Notes: generated from the letters alone by a model not told the origin. Positions 9,655 through 20,253 are shown, counted from the stretch's first letter. The stretch: DNA of 64,000 bases from an uncultured virus (IMG/VR IMGVR_UViG_3300042566_001492) (IMGVR_UViG_3300042566_001492), one strand, 5' to 3'. Numbers and translations are program-made.

Positions 9655-10806
9655 CTAAGCTTCGTAAATTATTTGAATTAAATCTTGTGTATCTAAATTA
9701 AACCTGGAAATAAGACCATTCCAGTACAATTCATCACCTAAAGACAAATTATTAAAATTTTTAATTGTGAATCCATCAGTAAAATAACAATCATCTGTTG
9801 TAACACCATCACCCAATCTTTGCAATTGACCATTAATAAAAACCAAAATAGATGAAAATGAAGTTGGAATATTTGATAAAGTTAATCCAGTTGGTTGATC
9901 ATTACCAGTTGTTACTAAACTATAAGATGTTTGATAAATTGGTGAAGATCCACCACCCGCAACATAAAGTTGGCCATTTGAATCTAACTGAATTGTTGAG
10001 TTATCAATTGATACAGTAAGTTCATTGTTATTAGAAAATGTTAATCCACTTTGAGTTCCAATATTTATACTCAAAGTAACAGATCCACCAGATTCGCTTG
10101 ATGTTAAACCCTGACCTGCTGTTAAACCCTGACCTTGATTAAAATTTGATAATAATTGTCCAGTATAATTCCATGCAATAACTCTTGGACCACCAGTAGA
10201 AGTGTTTTGTATATAAGCTTTCTTTAAGTTATTTGCTGTTGATTCAAATGTTGTTTTATCAAATTGAAATCCTAAACCGCTAGAAATTGATGAGTCTTTT
10301 GGTGTAGCATTCTCTTGAAATCTTATGAGTCCTGAAAAATAATCAACATCATAAAATGCGCTACCATAAGCTATTGGTGTGGTACCATCCGGTCTATACA
10401 TAGAAAGTTGATAACCCCAAGACGGATAACCATTAGAGTCTGGTACATCAGAAGGATTAATTAATGGTTTTGCCCAATCAAATGAAGGAATGAAACCATC
10501 AGCAGTAGCTGACGGAGTACCCATATCAATAAACCAAGTTTGATAATTTGTCTGTGTTAAAGGATATAGGTAAACTGGATTAGAAGACGTTCCACATTGA
10601 GTAACAATAACGTTATCGGAAATACTTGATGCTGATGCGTATGTATTAGAATGTGGTATAATATCCATCCAAACCTCATTAGACCTAACGTTATGAGCAC
10701 TCTTATAAGCCTCATTACCAACTAGATTATTCTGTTCGGTAAGAACTTTACCCAGTGAGTGATAAAATCCGGCTTTTCTTTGTAGGTCTGTATTTGTATT
10801 TGGCAT
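9655..10806 (-). CDS. Virion structural protein (fibre/neck-associated), function unknown
   Basis: 383 aa, S/T/G/N-rich; DYFSGLIRF, AGQGLT and ILVFINGQLQ segments recur in jumbo-phage structural proteins; co-oriented with fibre genes. Confidence 0.55.
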   Translation of the reverse strand: MPNTNTDLQRKAGFYHSLGKVLTEQNNLVGNEAYKSAHNVRSNEVWMDIIPHSNTYASASSISDNVIVTQCGTSSNPVYLYPLTQTNYQTWFIDMGTPSATADGFIPSFDWAKPLINPSDVPDSNGYPSWGYQLSMYRPDGTTPIAYGSAFYDVDYFSGLIRFQENATPKDSSISSGLGFQFDKTTFESTANNLKKAYIQNTSTGGPRVIAWNYTGQLLSNFNQGQGLTAGQGLTSSESGGSVTLSINIGTQSGLTFSNNNELTVSIDNSTIQLDSNGQLYVAGGGSSPIYQTSYSLVTTGNDQPTGLTLSNIPTSFSSILVFINGQLQRLGDGVTTDDCYFTDGFTIKNFNNLSLGDELYWNGLISRFNLDTQDLIQIIYEA

Positions 10807-10810
10807 AGTC

Positions 10811-10818
10811 TATATATT
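10811..10818 (-). promoter_or_regulatory. Putative late promoter AATATATA, 4 nt before ATG 10806
   Basis: Recurrent upstream motif (see findings). Confidence 0.6.
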
Positions 10819-10990
10819 ATTCTATTTCGTTATTATCATACATCGACTTTAATCGAATGCATAATTTATCTAACTCTTCTTTACTGAGAGTCAAATTATA
10901 GTACTTATCACCAAACTGAATTGAAAGTACATACACATCTAACATTGTGTTAGGATCCTTAAATACTTTATTAATTTTAACATCAAACAT
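10817..10990 (-). CDS. Small hypothetical protein, 57 aa
   Basis: Not in ORF track; MFDVKINKVFKDPNTMLDVYVLSIQFGDKYYNLTLSKEELDKLCIRLKSMYDNNEIE fills the gap between two co-oriented genes. Confidence 0.6.
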   Translation of the reverse strand: MFDVKINKVFKDPNTMLDVYVLSIQFGDKYYNLTLSKEELDKLCIRLKSMYDNNEIE

Positions 10991-11005
10991 ATTTTACTTA
11001 TTTTT

Positions 11006-14000
11006 TTATGCGAAAGCTATATTAGTCATTCTTAAATTTTTTCCAGTAACTGAGTTTTTATACCCTATGAATAGCCAAACTTTTTTAACTACTTCCGGTA
11101 AAGCTCCCTTACTCCACTGAATAGTTTTAGAACTTTCAGTTACATTATTAAGGTTGTAAGTAACAGGATTTTGTCTTGTGCCATATGTAACAGGATTTCC
11201 CGATACAAATAGAAATCTATCCGGTGTTAAATTATTACTTGTACTATCAATACCCACAAGTATTACTAAATCACCACTACCAGCAGTACTATTAACACCA
11301 TCATAATCTAAAACCGCTTCTGTGAAATTACTATTGAGTGTAAATATACCATTGGTAAAGCTTGTGGAATATGCAGAATCTTTTCCATATGAAGTAACAT
11401 GCCATCTATAATCATTAAAGTTAACAGTAGTTGTTGTTCCAATATTTATGTCAGTATAAACTGTAAATGATTTGTTAGCACCCGACATCGAGGAATAATT
11501 CACTGAGGAAGTCCAGTTAATAGTTGGATAGAACAAAGTAAAATTAGTCTGAGGATATATAACTCTACCAAAAATATACTGTAATTCATCAGATGGTAGT
11601 GTGACATTTGATACAAATAATGAAGAACCATTTGATATCACACCAGTAGTTGATAATCTATTAGATTCACTATCAAGTGGATTATTATTAAAAGTAACTG
11701 AAGCTGTTGAATATGTATCAAATAACATCAATCTACTTACTGACTGACTTGTACCAACGAGACCATAATCATAAATACTCGCCAAAGCATATGAAGCTGA
11801 TGAAGTACTTATAGTATTATTTGATGAGAATCCAGGGATGTATTGTGATGACACATTAACAGTAGCTGTATTTGAATAAGTAAGACCAGATTTATCCCAA
11901 TCAAGTGTCCAACCAGTTATTACAGAACCAGCACCTTTAGTACCATCTGTATGACCAGCAATAACACTAGATATAGCAAGACTAACAAAAGAAAAATCCA
12001 TTTGTTTTGTAGTTGGTATAGTAATATCATTTAATAAATTTATTCCAGAAGCAGTTACCGCAAAAGTTGTTCCTGTTTTGTAAAAAGCAACCCCTGAGTA
12101 ATATACTGTACTGGATGACAATTCATTAAAAACAACACCATTCGATATAGAAGAACTTGAAAAAGAACCATCATTATCATAAAAAACAGGTGTACTTTGT
12201 GAAAAAGAATAAACACCGTAAGAAACGTTTCCAGCGCCTTCTCCATTATAATGAGTAACATTCCAATTAAATCTTCCACCATTCGTAAATAATGATCCAA
12301 CATTGATTGTTCCAGAAACATTAGCTTTATATCTATCACTATCTGTCTGAAAACTATTAACTGTTATAGTCAATCCATTAGAAGATGTCGATCCAGGACC
12401 ACTTATAACAAAATTACTTATTTCTGACAATATAGATCCATCATGATTATAAAGTGTAAAACTCATAGTAGTACCATTTGTAAAACATCCAAACTCTGAT
12501 TCAGAAAAAGCTGTCAATAGTCCTGAACTATTCGTAACATTTCTTGTAGTACTTGTCGTAAAATCACTCGTAGTAGTCCAGTTACCCGTGCCATAATATC
12601 CACTAGAAACAGATGAAGTATAACCATTTGTAGTAGGAGTGGCGATATATCTAGAATGAGCACCCCCTCCAAGTGATGGAGTAAAATAATCTACATATTT
12701 TGGAGCAGGAATCCAAACCGTAACTTGAGGAGCCGGCCCTTGAGCTAATACTCCAGTTGCTGTTCCACCAGGTGTATTAACAACACCACCTCTAAAAATA
12801 AGAGATGTAACATTACTATAAGTCACACCTGTTAAATAATCAGAAACTTGCATTCCAGAAGATTGTACCCACTTAAATTTACCATCTCCTTGATTTGATA
12901 AAATATAACCAGCAGTTGCTCCTCCACTATTTCCAGTATCTAATAACGAAGCTGTTAAACTATCGTGTTTAATATTTGCTGAAGCAGATAAACCATTGAT
13001 AGTACTCGAAGTATCAAAATCAATAGTGACCGAGTCGTTAAGTAACATCGATGGTGTACCAGAAACTGGAAAGTTTATTAATGCTAATTGACCACCACCT
13101 AATGTACTAAAAGTACCACCGGTTAAAACTAAATTACCATTTGCTATAATTACGTGACCATAATTAAGTATTTGACCAGCAACTGTTAAATCACCATATA
13201 CCCAATATTGATAATATTGAGGAACAATAATTGTTTCCGAAGGTCCTATATAATATTTTATAGCAAAGGCATCATCATTAGAAAATGGTTTTACACATTG
13301 AAAATAAGTTCCATCATAGGTTAAACTATAAACTACATTTGGAACTAACTCTGATCCACCAATATCTGTTAAACCTGATATAACTGGTCTTTTTACAATG
13401 ACATTTCCAATACCATTAACATTTAGATACACTGGTGAGGATGTGTTCGAGACAGCAAAAGTTGTTAGAAAAATCATATCCTGTGAATAAGCAGAAAAAG
13501 TAGGACTAGACAAAGATGTATAGTTCTGACCATCCAAACTACTAGCAGATAAATTTCTTATTTGTTGAAGACGTTCTTTTTGCCAACCACCACTAGGATA
13601 AGTTCCTTCATATCTATAAATAGCATTATCTTCATTATCTACAGTAACAGTCATACCCTCTGTAGGAAATGTCATATCCCATCTATTTAACGGCGTATTC
13701 CACTGAGCAACAAAACCAGGAGAAAAAGATGACCAAGATGCTCCGGTAACAACACTTGTAGGATTTGTTCCAACTAAATATCTATCACCATTTGCAGGAG
13801 TTAATGGTTCTGTATAATTTACAGAAAAAACTGAGTCTATCCATTCGGTTGATCCTCCACCTCCGCCCGATCCAGAACCAGAAAACTCTACCCAGTTAAG
13901 ATTGTCCATTATATTTGTTGAAAAAACACCATACTTTAATTGATATGTTTTATCATCATTAATCACATAACACATCATACCCCACTCTCTACGCTCGAAT

Positions 14001-14140
14001 ATAATGCTATTTCTACCCGTCAGGTCTTGAGCAGTGTGTAAACCACCCTTTATCTCAGAAGCAAACGCCGACGCGATTGGGTCTAATGAGTCATTTGGCC
14101 TAATTGCTGCTGATATTAATGTTCCTGTATTCTGTGACAT
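11006..14140 (-). CDS. Large virion structural/adhesin-like protein with DUF2793-like segment
   Basis: 1044 aa, S/T/G-rich beta character; PANGDRYLVG...W...AQW...W...PTEG resembles the DUF2793 pattern. Confidence 0.55.
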   Translation of the reverse strand: MSQNTGTLISAAIRPNDSLDPIASAFASEIKGGLHTAQDLTGRNSIIFERREWGMMCYVINDDKTYQLKYGVFSTNIMDNLNWVEFSGSGSGGGGGSTEWIDSVFSVNYTEPLTPANGDRYLVGTNPTSVVTGASWSSFSPGFVAQWNTPLNRWDMTFPTEGMTVTVDNEDNAIYRYEGTYPSGGWQKERLQQIRNLSASSLDGQNYTSLSSPTFSAYSQDMIFLTTFAVSNTSSPVYLNVNGIGNVIVKRPVISGLTDIGGSELVPNVVYSLTYDGTYFQCVKPFSNDDAFAIKYYIGPSETIIVPQYYQYWVYGDLTVAGQILNYGHVIIANGNLVLTGGTFSTLGGGQLALINFPVSGTPSMLLNDSVTIDFDTSSTINGLSASANIKHDSLTASLLDTGNSGGATAGYILSNQGDGKFKWVQSSGMQVSDYLTGVTYSNVTSLIFRGGVVNTPGGTATGVLAQGPAPQVTVWIPAPKYVDYFTPSLGGGAHSRYIATPTTNGYTSSVSSGYYGTGNWTTTSDFTTSTTRNVTNSSGLLTAFSESEFGCFTNGTTMSFTLYNHDGSILSEISNFVISGPGSTSSNGLTITVNSFQTDSDRYKANVSGTINVGSLFTNGGRFNWNVTHYNGEGAGNVSYGVYSFSQSTPVFYDNDGSFSSSSISNGVVFNELSSSTVYYSGVAFYKTGTTFAVTASGINLLNDITIPTTKQMDFSFVSLAISSVIAGHTDGTKGAGSVITGWTLDWDKSGLTYSNTATVNVSSQYIPGFSSNNTISTSSASYALASIYDYGLVGTSQSVSRLMLFDTYSTASVTFNNNPLDSESNRLSTTGVISNGSSLFVSNVTLPSDELQYIFGRVIYPQTNFTLFYPTINWTSSVNYSSMSGANKSFTVYTDINIGTTTTVNFNDYRWHVTSYGKDSAYSTSFTNGIFTLNSNFTEAVLDYDGVNSTAGSGDLVILVGIDSTSNNLTPDRFLFVSGNPVTYGTRQNPVTYNLNNVTESSKTIQWSKGALPEVVKKVWLFIGYKNSVTGKNLRMTNIAFA

Positions 14141-14141
14141 A

Positions 14142-15167
14142 TTAACTTATAACTATATTTAATGGTGAATTCTGTTGTGTATTTGACACCCAAACTTCAT
14201 AATTTGTACCACTGAAACCCCAGACATTCACTAACGGTGATGACGTTCTAACTCTTGTAAAAGCCGTATTAGGCAAACCATTAACAGCAAAATTAGGAGT
14301 TAAAGCACCACTAACATTAGAAGGCCAAGCAAAAATTAAATAATCACCAGCACCATCTATACCCAAAAGACTTCTATTCTTAGTAGTTGATAACAAACTA
14401 CCATAAGATAATCCATTCGCATTAGCTCCAAAATTAGGACCATCATTATTATTGACTATGGTACTATCATCACACAAGGAAGCAACTAAACTGGCTGATC
14501 CCGGATTAGTTGTCAAATTAGGATTCCCTATTGAAGATAAATCTACACTTCCCCAAAAAACTCTATTCATCCAAACAAGTTGAGTACTCGACGAAGATGG
14601 GGTTGTACCGTCAGTAGTATTAATAGTAAAAGTATTAGTCTGACTAATAGATGGTGAGGTACTATGAGTACCTGTAGAAACTAAAGTACCAGTCTGGCTA
14701 TTACCAGTAGGAACTTGAGGAATACTATCTACACTAATTGTTGTTATACTATTACTATTCTTAGTAACAGACCAATTCAATGTGACTGAAACTGGAGAAC
14801 CAAACTCTCTAGGTGAGTTGATAAGTGATATAGATGAGGAAGGAGCAACATAAGGATAAAAAACTCTATCTAAAGCATCTTGAATAGTTCCTGAAAAAGT
14901 ACTACCTTGATTAACACCACCGACATTACCAACATAACTTGATGGTAGACTTCTATCATAAGTCACAGATGCAGTAGACGACGCAGAAGCTGAAACATTT
15001 CCAACAATCTGATACAAGCTGTAAACAGCATCCCTAATATTGATTGCTTGAATCAAATTATTAGTGTTGTCTGGCAGACCCAACAAAAGTTCATCGATTG
15101 TCGAATAGTAACGACTCAACGTAGTAGCAGTAGCACCAGTAACCGAATATGAACCAACTAAAGACAT
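14142..15167 (-). CDS. Virion structural protein with Ig-like beta-sandwich character
   Basis: 341 aa; FYPYVAP, VTLNWSVTK, YLIFAWP; first gene of the fibre cluster. Confidence 0.5.
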   Translation of the reverse strand: MSLVGSYSVTGATATTLSRYYSTIDELLLGLPDNTNNLIQAINIRDAVYSLYQIVGNVSASASSTASVTYDRSLPSSYVGNVGGVNQGSTFSGTIQDALDRVFYPYVAPSSSISLINSPREFGSPVSVTLNWSVTKNSNSITTISVDSIPQVPTGNSQTGTLVSTGTHSTSPSISQTNTFTINTTDGTTPSSSSTQLVWMNRVFWGSVDLSSIGNPNLTTNPGSASLVASLCDDSTIVNNNDGPNFGANANGLSYGSLLSTTKNRSLLGIDGAGDYLIFAWPSNVSGALTPNFAVNGLPNTAFTRVRTSSPLVNVWGFSGTNYEVWVSNTQQNSPLNIVIS

Positions 15168-15251
15168 TTACTAATTAGATTTTAGGTATATATTAAATCC
15201 TATTAGTTAAAAGAACAAAAATATATAAAGTTATATCATGATGTTACATGA

Positions 15252-15962
15252 TTAATTTACCCAAAGGTAATATCCATCAACATTTTCTAAAAATTTAAAG
15301 TCGTTGCCTAATGTTTTAGATACAGTATCTATCAAAAATTCCTCTGTGAACTTATTGGATATTTTTTCTTGTGAACCCTGTTTATCTATAATTGAATTTA
15401 ATTCGATTTCAATTTCACCGGATACGGTTATTTTAGAATCATTTAATTCTCCATAAATGAAGTCTACAAAATTATCTTTTATAATATTTATATCTTCTTT
15501 GGAATAGATAACAACATCCCAATCATCATTATTCCAATCATTTATTCTAAATAAATGTTTTTCAGCGTCTTCAACATCAATATCACCAAGATTTATATCA
15601 AAATAATCAGCGATAACTTTTTCTTCCTTTATATTGGACTTATCTATACCCTTATACAAACAAATTTTCATAGATTTTATCTTAAACTCACTTGACTCAT
15701 AATATTTATATGACTCAAAAGTATAAACACCATCTTCCTCCATTCCAGCTCTGTCATATAAAACATCTTTTAATACAACTTCAGCACCAGCAACTTCACT
15801 TAGTCCGCTTTTAAGTAAAAATTTATTAAATCTATCAGAGCCAGGACTCAAATATTTTATTAGATTACTTGGTCGTATCTTATGTTTTTCAACATAGTTA
15901 TCTACTAACTCATTTATAAGGTTGTAATACTTATTTAAGTCTTCTCTATTGTTTATCGACAT
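15252..15962 (-). CDS. Hypothetical protein
   Basis: ORF; likely start ATG 15962 (MSINNREDL) just after the upstream stop. Confidence 0.6.
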   Translation of the reverse strand: MSINNREDLNKYYNLINELVDNYVEKHKIRPSNLIKYLSPGSDRFNKFLLKSGLSEVAGAEVVLKDVLYDRAGMEEDGVYTFESYKYYESSEFKIKSMKICLYKGIDKSNIKEEKVIADYFDINLGDIDVEDAEKHLFRINDWNNDDWDVVIYSKEDINIIKDNFVDFIYGELNDSKITVSGEIEIELNSIIDKQGSQEKISNKFTEEFLIDTVSKTLGNDFKFLENVDGYYLWVN

Positions 15963-15964
15963 AA

Positions 15965-16531
15965 TTAAAAGAAAAATTTTAAATCTCCTGACACTGGAGG
16001 CCAACTAGTGAAACCTTCTAATTCATCATAAGCTCCTCTGTTCCATAGTAAATCAAAAGTACAGTTGTCTTTTTTTCTATAAACTCTTACAGCATATGTA
16101 CCATCAACTTTTGGATCAGGAACAACTTCTATCCTATTTTGAGGATCATTGTAATCAACATAATCCAGAAGTTCCTTTTTAGCATCATCAGGTAGAAAAG
16201 ATGCATCTAATATTTTTGATTCTAGATATTTATTTTGTAAATCCAAATTAATCAAATCTACAAATTCTTCAGACTCTTTACTTCTCTCAGATTCCATATC
16301 TTCTATTTCATCCTCATCTAGTCTCGATTTTTGTAAATCATAATACTCATCTTCACTTAAATCCTCTATTTCACTACAACTGCAAAACTTACACTTTTCT
16401 ACATTTTTATTAAACTCTTTCCATAAAGCATTACACTCATCACAACTGTAATAATTAGTTAACACATTTTTAGATGTTGTAGGAATTGTCTGACTAAAAT
16501 CAAAATCTTCGTAAGTTCTAATATAATTCAT
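15965..16531 (-). CDS. Zn-ribbon protein with capsid-targeting-like N-terminus
   Basis: Likely start 16531 (MNYIRTYEDF), 5 nt after TTTATATA; CDEC...CKFC; acidic middle. Confidence 0.6.
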   Translation of the reverse strand: MNYIRTYEDFDFSQTIPTTSKNVLTNYYSCDECNALWKEFNKNVEKCKFCSCSEIEDLSEDEYYDLQKSRLDEDEIEDMESERSKESEEFVDLINLDLQNKYLESKILDASFLPDDAKKELLDYVDYNDPQNRIEVVPDPKVDGTYAVRVYRKKDNCTFDLLWNRGAYDELEGFTSWPPVSGDLKFFF

Positions 16532-16627
16532 AAGTCTATATATAAAAAAAAATTTGTTAAAATCTAAAAACTTATTTACTTTATACAATATATATGTTGA
16601 AATCAAAAAACAAAAATCAAGTTAATT

Positions 16628-16792
16628 ATGAAACAAATCGTAATCGCACTTTTAGTGGTAGGTTTTTTGACTGCTTGTGGTTCCAACGGAACTACTGAAA
16701 CTACAACAACTGACTCAACTTCAGTTACATCTACAGATACAAACACTGTAGCGGTTGACTCAGTTGTGGTTGATACAACAGCAGTTAAATAA
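16628..16792 (+). CDS. Small lipoprotein, 54 aa
   Basis: Not in ORF track; MKQIVIALLVVGFLTAC-GSNGTTETTTTDSTSVTSTDTNTVAVDSVVVDTTAVK; lipobox LTAC; followed by terminator. Confidence 0.8.
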   Translation: MKQIVIALLVVGFLTACGSNGTTETTTTDSTSVTSTDTNTVAVDSVVVDTTAVK

Positions 16793-16806
16793 TAACACAA
16801 AAGAGT

Positions 16807-16837
16807 AAAAAGAGAGTTACTAGGTGACTCTCTTTTT
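16807..16837 (+). terminator. Intrinsic terminator
   Basis: aaaaagagagttac-tag-gtgactctcttttt hairpin with T tract. Confidence 0.75.
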
Positions 16838-16875
16838 ATTTTTAAATTGTGTGTATGACATTTAATATATATGTT

Positions 16876-17778
16876 ATGAATCTAGCACAATTAAAAGATT
16901 TCTATAATAAAAAGCCTGTAGAATTTGTTCTCAAGGAAAACTACCAACTCATCGAAGATAGAGAGTATATTCCTAGATTTACACTTAAGAATATCAAAGA
17001 TTTGGGGAATATTCCAGTTAATCAACCTATTAAATACGATGAAAACATTATGAAAAAGGCCATAAAATATGGAATGATGTTTTTAATAAACTATAAAGGT
17101 GAAGAGGATTCACACTTTGCAGGACACGAAAGAGTTATTTATCCAATGGTCTTAGGTAGATCCTCAAAAGGTAAATCATTACTTAGAGGTTGGCACTTAA
17201 ATGGTTGGTCTGTATCAAACAAAAGACATATTAATAAAATTTGGAGACTTTTTAGAACTGACAGAATATTATCAATGACATTTACTGGTTCATTTTATAG
17301 ACTCCCACCGTCTGGTTACAATATGAACGATAAAGGAATGAGAGGTGGAATCTTAGTTAGAGCAGATTTTAATGAGATTAGAAGAAATCAACAAAATTTA
17401 GTTAATCAAAACAAAATTCAGAATAGAGAAGAGGTCACAATTGGTGAAGAAGACAGGAAATTTGTATCAATACGTGTAAAAGAAACACAAACTCAAATAG
17501 ATTTACTTAAACCACTTGAGAATGCTTATGTTAGTAATATCAAAGATACTGCTAGTCTTAGAATGTCTTTCTTAAAAAGTGTCTATGGAAATAAATATGT
17601 TGCGGTTTTAGGAGCATTAGGTCAACCAGGTAATACTGTAAAGATAATGACCGACAAAGGAATAAACTTAGGAGTTTACAAAGTTTTAGATTCTATTACC
17701 GGAGATGTTCTAAAAAGTATCAAAAGAGTAAAAGGAAATTCAATTTATGACCTGTTCTTATTTGATAAGAAGTTATAA
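16876..17778 (+). CDS. WYL-like domain protein
   Basis: Likely start 16876; YKGE...ERVIYPMVLG...LLRGW...WRLFRTDRI matches the WYL-domain pattern. Confidence 0.6.
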   Translation: MNLAQLKDFYNKKPVEFVLKENYQLIEDREYIPRFTLKNIKDLGNIPVNQPIKYDENIMKKAIKYGMMFLINYKGEEDSHFAGHERVIYPMVLGRSSKGKSLLRGWHLNGWSVSNKRHINKIWRLFRTDRILSMTFTGSFYRLPPSGYNMNDKGMRGGILVRADFNEIRRNQQNLVNQNKIQNREEVTIGEEDRKFVSIRVKETQTQIDLLKPLENAYVSNIKDTASLRMSFLKSVYGNKYVAVLGALGQPGNTVKIMTDKGINLGVYKVLDSITGDVLKSIKRVKGNSIYDLFLFDKKL

Positions 17779-17818
17779 AAACTTAACATTAAAATCCACT
17801 TTTCTTATTAAATCATTT

Positions 17819-17826
17819 AATATATA
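17819..17826 (+). promoter_or_regulatory. Putative late promoter AATATATA, 5 nt before ppk2 ATG
   Basis: Recurrent upstream motif. Confidence 0.6.
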
Positions 17827-17831
17827 AACAT

Positions 17832-18992
17832 ATGATTAAAAATTTTAGAATTTTTGTAAATGAAGAGTTGAGAATCGAAAAAATGGATTTAAAGACTTTA
17901 GATGCATTAAAAATAAATCTCCTAACAAGACTTAATGAATACAGAACTTATATACTAGCTAACATAGAATATAACACACAAACTAACAAAATTGAATATA
18001 AAAATTTTGATAGAATTGATATAAAGGTAATAATAAGAGAACTATCTAACGAATTTTCCGAAGAGGTAGTTAGAGAATTAAATATTGAAACATTTCTTCT
18101 TAAATTAAATCAACTCTTAGAGTTAAAGAAAAGAAATACTAAAAAGAAAGTTAGAGAAGAATTTGGAACTTACTTTAAATCAATTGAAGAAAGAATAGAT
18201 AAAATAAAGTCAGAACCAAATCCTGGATTCGGAGAAGTTGACCCATTTGAGGGAGAAGGATCCATAATAGGTAGAAAAAAATACGAATCCGAAAAATATC
18301 AATTACAAATTGAGTTACTAAAACTACAAGAATGGGTTGTTAAAAACAACAAAAAAGTAGCAATAGTTTTTGAAGGAAGAGATGCTGCCGGAAAAGGATC
18401 AACAATTAAAAGATTTATTGAATACTTAAACCCAAGAGGATTCAAAGTTGTAGCATTGGGTATTCCAACAGAAGAAGAAAAGAATAACTGGTTTGGTAGA
18501 TATGAGAAACACTTACCAAATGAAGGAGAAATAGTTTTCTTTGATAGAAGTTGGTACAACAGAGCCGTAGTTGAACCAGCTATGGGTTACTGTACAGAAG
18601 AACAATATACAAACTTTATCGAAAATGTAGTAGACTGGGAAGAAAAGTTAATTAAAAATCAAGAGGTTATACTTATAAAGTTTTGGTTCTCAATAACTAA
18701 AGAAAAACAAGTCTCAAGATTTGAGCTTAGACAAGCATCTCCACTAAAATATTGGAAGTTTTCACCAAATGATGCTAAGGTTATAGATAAGTGGGAGATA
18801 ATTTCTAACTATAAAACACAAATGTTTAATAAGACATCATCAAGAATGTCACCGTGGGTGATAATTAACTCAAATGATAAGAAAATTGGTAGATTAAACG
18901 CTATTAGATATGCGTTATCAGTGATACCATATGAAGGTAAGAATAATGAACTATGTAAATATTACCCAGAGGTTGTTAATATTCTAAAATAG
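17832..18992 (+). CDS. ppk2: Polyphosphate kinase 2 with ~140-aa N-terminal extension
   Basis: LQIELLKLQ, FEGRDAAGKG (Walker A), FDRSWYNRA, SPLKYWKFSPND, PW..I..NDKK..RLN. Confidence 0.95.
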   Translation: MIKNFRIFVNEELRIEKMDLKTLDALKINLLTRLNEYRTYILANIEYNTQTNKIEYKNFDRIDIKVIIRELSNEFSEEVVRELNIETFLLKLNQLLELKKRNTKKKVREEFGTYFKSIEERIDKIKSEPNPGFGEVDPFEGEGSIIGRKKYESEKYQLQIELLKLQEWVVKNNKKVAIVFEGRDAAGKGSTIKRFIEYLNPRGFKVVALGIPTEEEKNNWFGRYEKHLPNEGEIVFFDRSWYNRAVVEPAMGYCTEEQYTNFIENVVDWEEKLIKNQEVILIKFWFSITKEKQVSRFELRQASPLKYWKFSPNDAKVIDKWEIISNYKTQMFNKTSSRMSPWVIINSNDKKIGRLNAIRYALSVIPYEGKNNELCKYYPEVVNILK

Positions 18993-19023
18993 AATTTAAT
19001 ATATACAAAAAATAACACAAATT

Positions 19024-19566
19024 ATGATAAAGAAATTTGAAAATTATATGTCAAGAGAAGAGATGTGTGGCAGACTTTGTAGATGTGGATACACTATGAA
19101 TGAACTTGAAAAATGTTCAAATCAAGAACTCGAAGAAATGTGCAGAAACGCTGAGAATGAAGAAGAGAATAATAACACACATGCTCATGCCATGACACAC
19201 GAATCTAAAAAAACACTTAAAGGTTTAAAAGAACACCAAGGAACACAAAATTATATGTTCTTCGCGAGTCTACAAACTATTAAAAGATTAGTAGATGGGA
19301 TGCTTGAGATGGATGAGTCTAAAGTAGATAGAATACTTTCAGACGGTCACAACTGGGCATTGGATCACATTGCAACTTCTAAAGATGACGTAGAAGAAGT
19401 ATTCAACTTCTTAGCAAGTCATGAATCAGATGAAGACCACGGTTATACAACTCATGACACAGAACACAATGAACCATCACATGAAGAGACTGAAGGAAAT
19501 TTAGCTAATAAAGACCTTGAATCAGAGATGAAAGGTATTAAAAGTTTTAATGATTTTAAAAAATAA
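19024..19566 (+). CDS. Acidic/His-rich hypothetical, probable internal head protein
   Basis: N-term MIKKFENY; C-term MKGIKSFNDFKK; NYMFF...GHNWALDHIATSKDD core. Confidence 0.55.
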   Translation: MIKKFENYMSREEMCGRLCRCGYTMNELEKCSNQELEEMCRNAENEEENNNTHAHAMTHESKKTLKGLKEHQGTQNYMFFASLQTIKRLVDGMLEMDESKVDRILSDGHNWALDHIATSKDDVEEVFNFLASHESDEDHGYTTHDTEHNEPSHEETEGNLANKDLESEMKGIKSFNDFKK

Positions 19567-19576
19567 AAAATAAATT

Positions 19577-20173
19577 ATGAGTTATACAAGAGAACAAGTT
19601 GAAGCGGCAGTAAAATCAAAGAGTTACGTTTATTTTGAGGACGCTAACAATAAAGGATTTGATGTAAATATTGTTGGTATTAGAAATTCAGCAACTGGTC
19701 AAAAAGTTACAAACGCTTTCGATGACTATATTACTTTATCTTATAAAGAAAATGGTGAATGGAAATTTCATATCTGGCCAGCTACAACCGATCCAGGAAA
19801 AAAAGGTGTTTTAGAATATCACAATGCTGCAGGTGTCGCAAGATTAGTTGAAGGTCAATATAGAGGATCTCACAATATTGGTTTACACCAAGGAAAATAT
19901 GAAGCTCTTAGACAAGCTAAAAATGTAAAGGTTTACAGAGACGCTAATAAAGACTTAAACTATGATGAAAACAAAATTGCAGAAGGAGTTTTTGGAATTA
20001 ACATTCACAAAGCTGGCGCAGACTCTACATATGTTGAGAACTGGTCTGAAGGATGTCAAGTATTTAAAAAATCAGCAGACTTTGAAGCGTTCATGAAGAT
20101 ATGTAGAAAAGCCAGAGACATACATGGTAATAGTTTTACTTATACTTTAATTGAATCAAGTGATATTAAATAA
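19577..20173 (+). CDS. L,D-transpeptidase (YkuD)-fold peptidoglycan enzyme, candidate endolysin
   Basis: GINIH-x11-WSEGC His/Cys catalytic motif; NIVGIR, FDD, TTDPG. Confidence 0.65.
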   Translation: MSYTREQVEAAVKSKSYVYFEDANNKGFDVNIVGIRNSATGQKVTNAFDDYITLSYKENGEWKFHIWPATTDPGKKGVLEYHNAAGVARLVEGQYRGSHNIGLHQGKYEALRQAKNVKVYRDANKDLNYDENKIAEGVFGINIHKAGADSTYVENWSEGCQVFKKSADFEAFMKICRKARDIHGNSFTYTLIESSDIK

Positions 20174-20188
20174 TCAAACAAAATAAAT

Positions 20189-20217
20189 AAAAACCTCTCA
20201 ATTTGAGAGGTTTTTTT
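20189..20217 (+). terminator. Intrinsic terminator
   Basis: aaaaacctctca-att-tgagaggttttttt. Confidence 0.8.
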
Positions 20218-20253
20218 ATGCCAACAAATTAATACTTTCAACATAAAAGTAAT

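Noticed and set aside
16603..16800. 65-aa minus-strand ORF
   Set aside because: Antisense to the better-supported lipoprotein at 16628..16792
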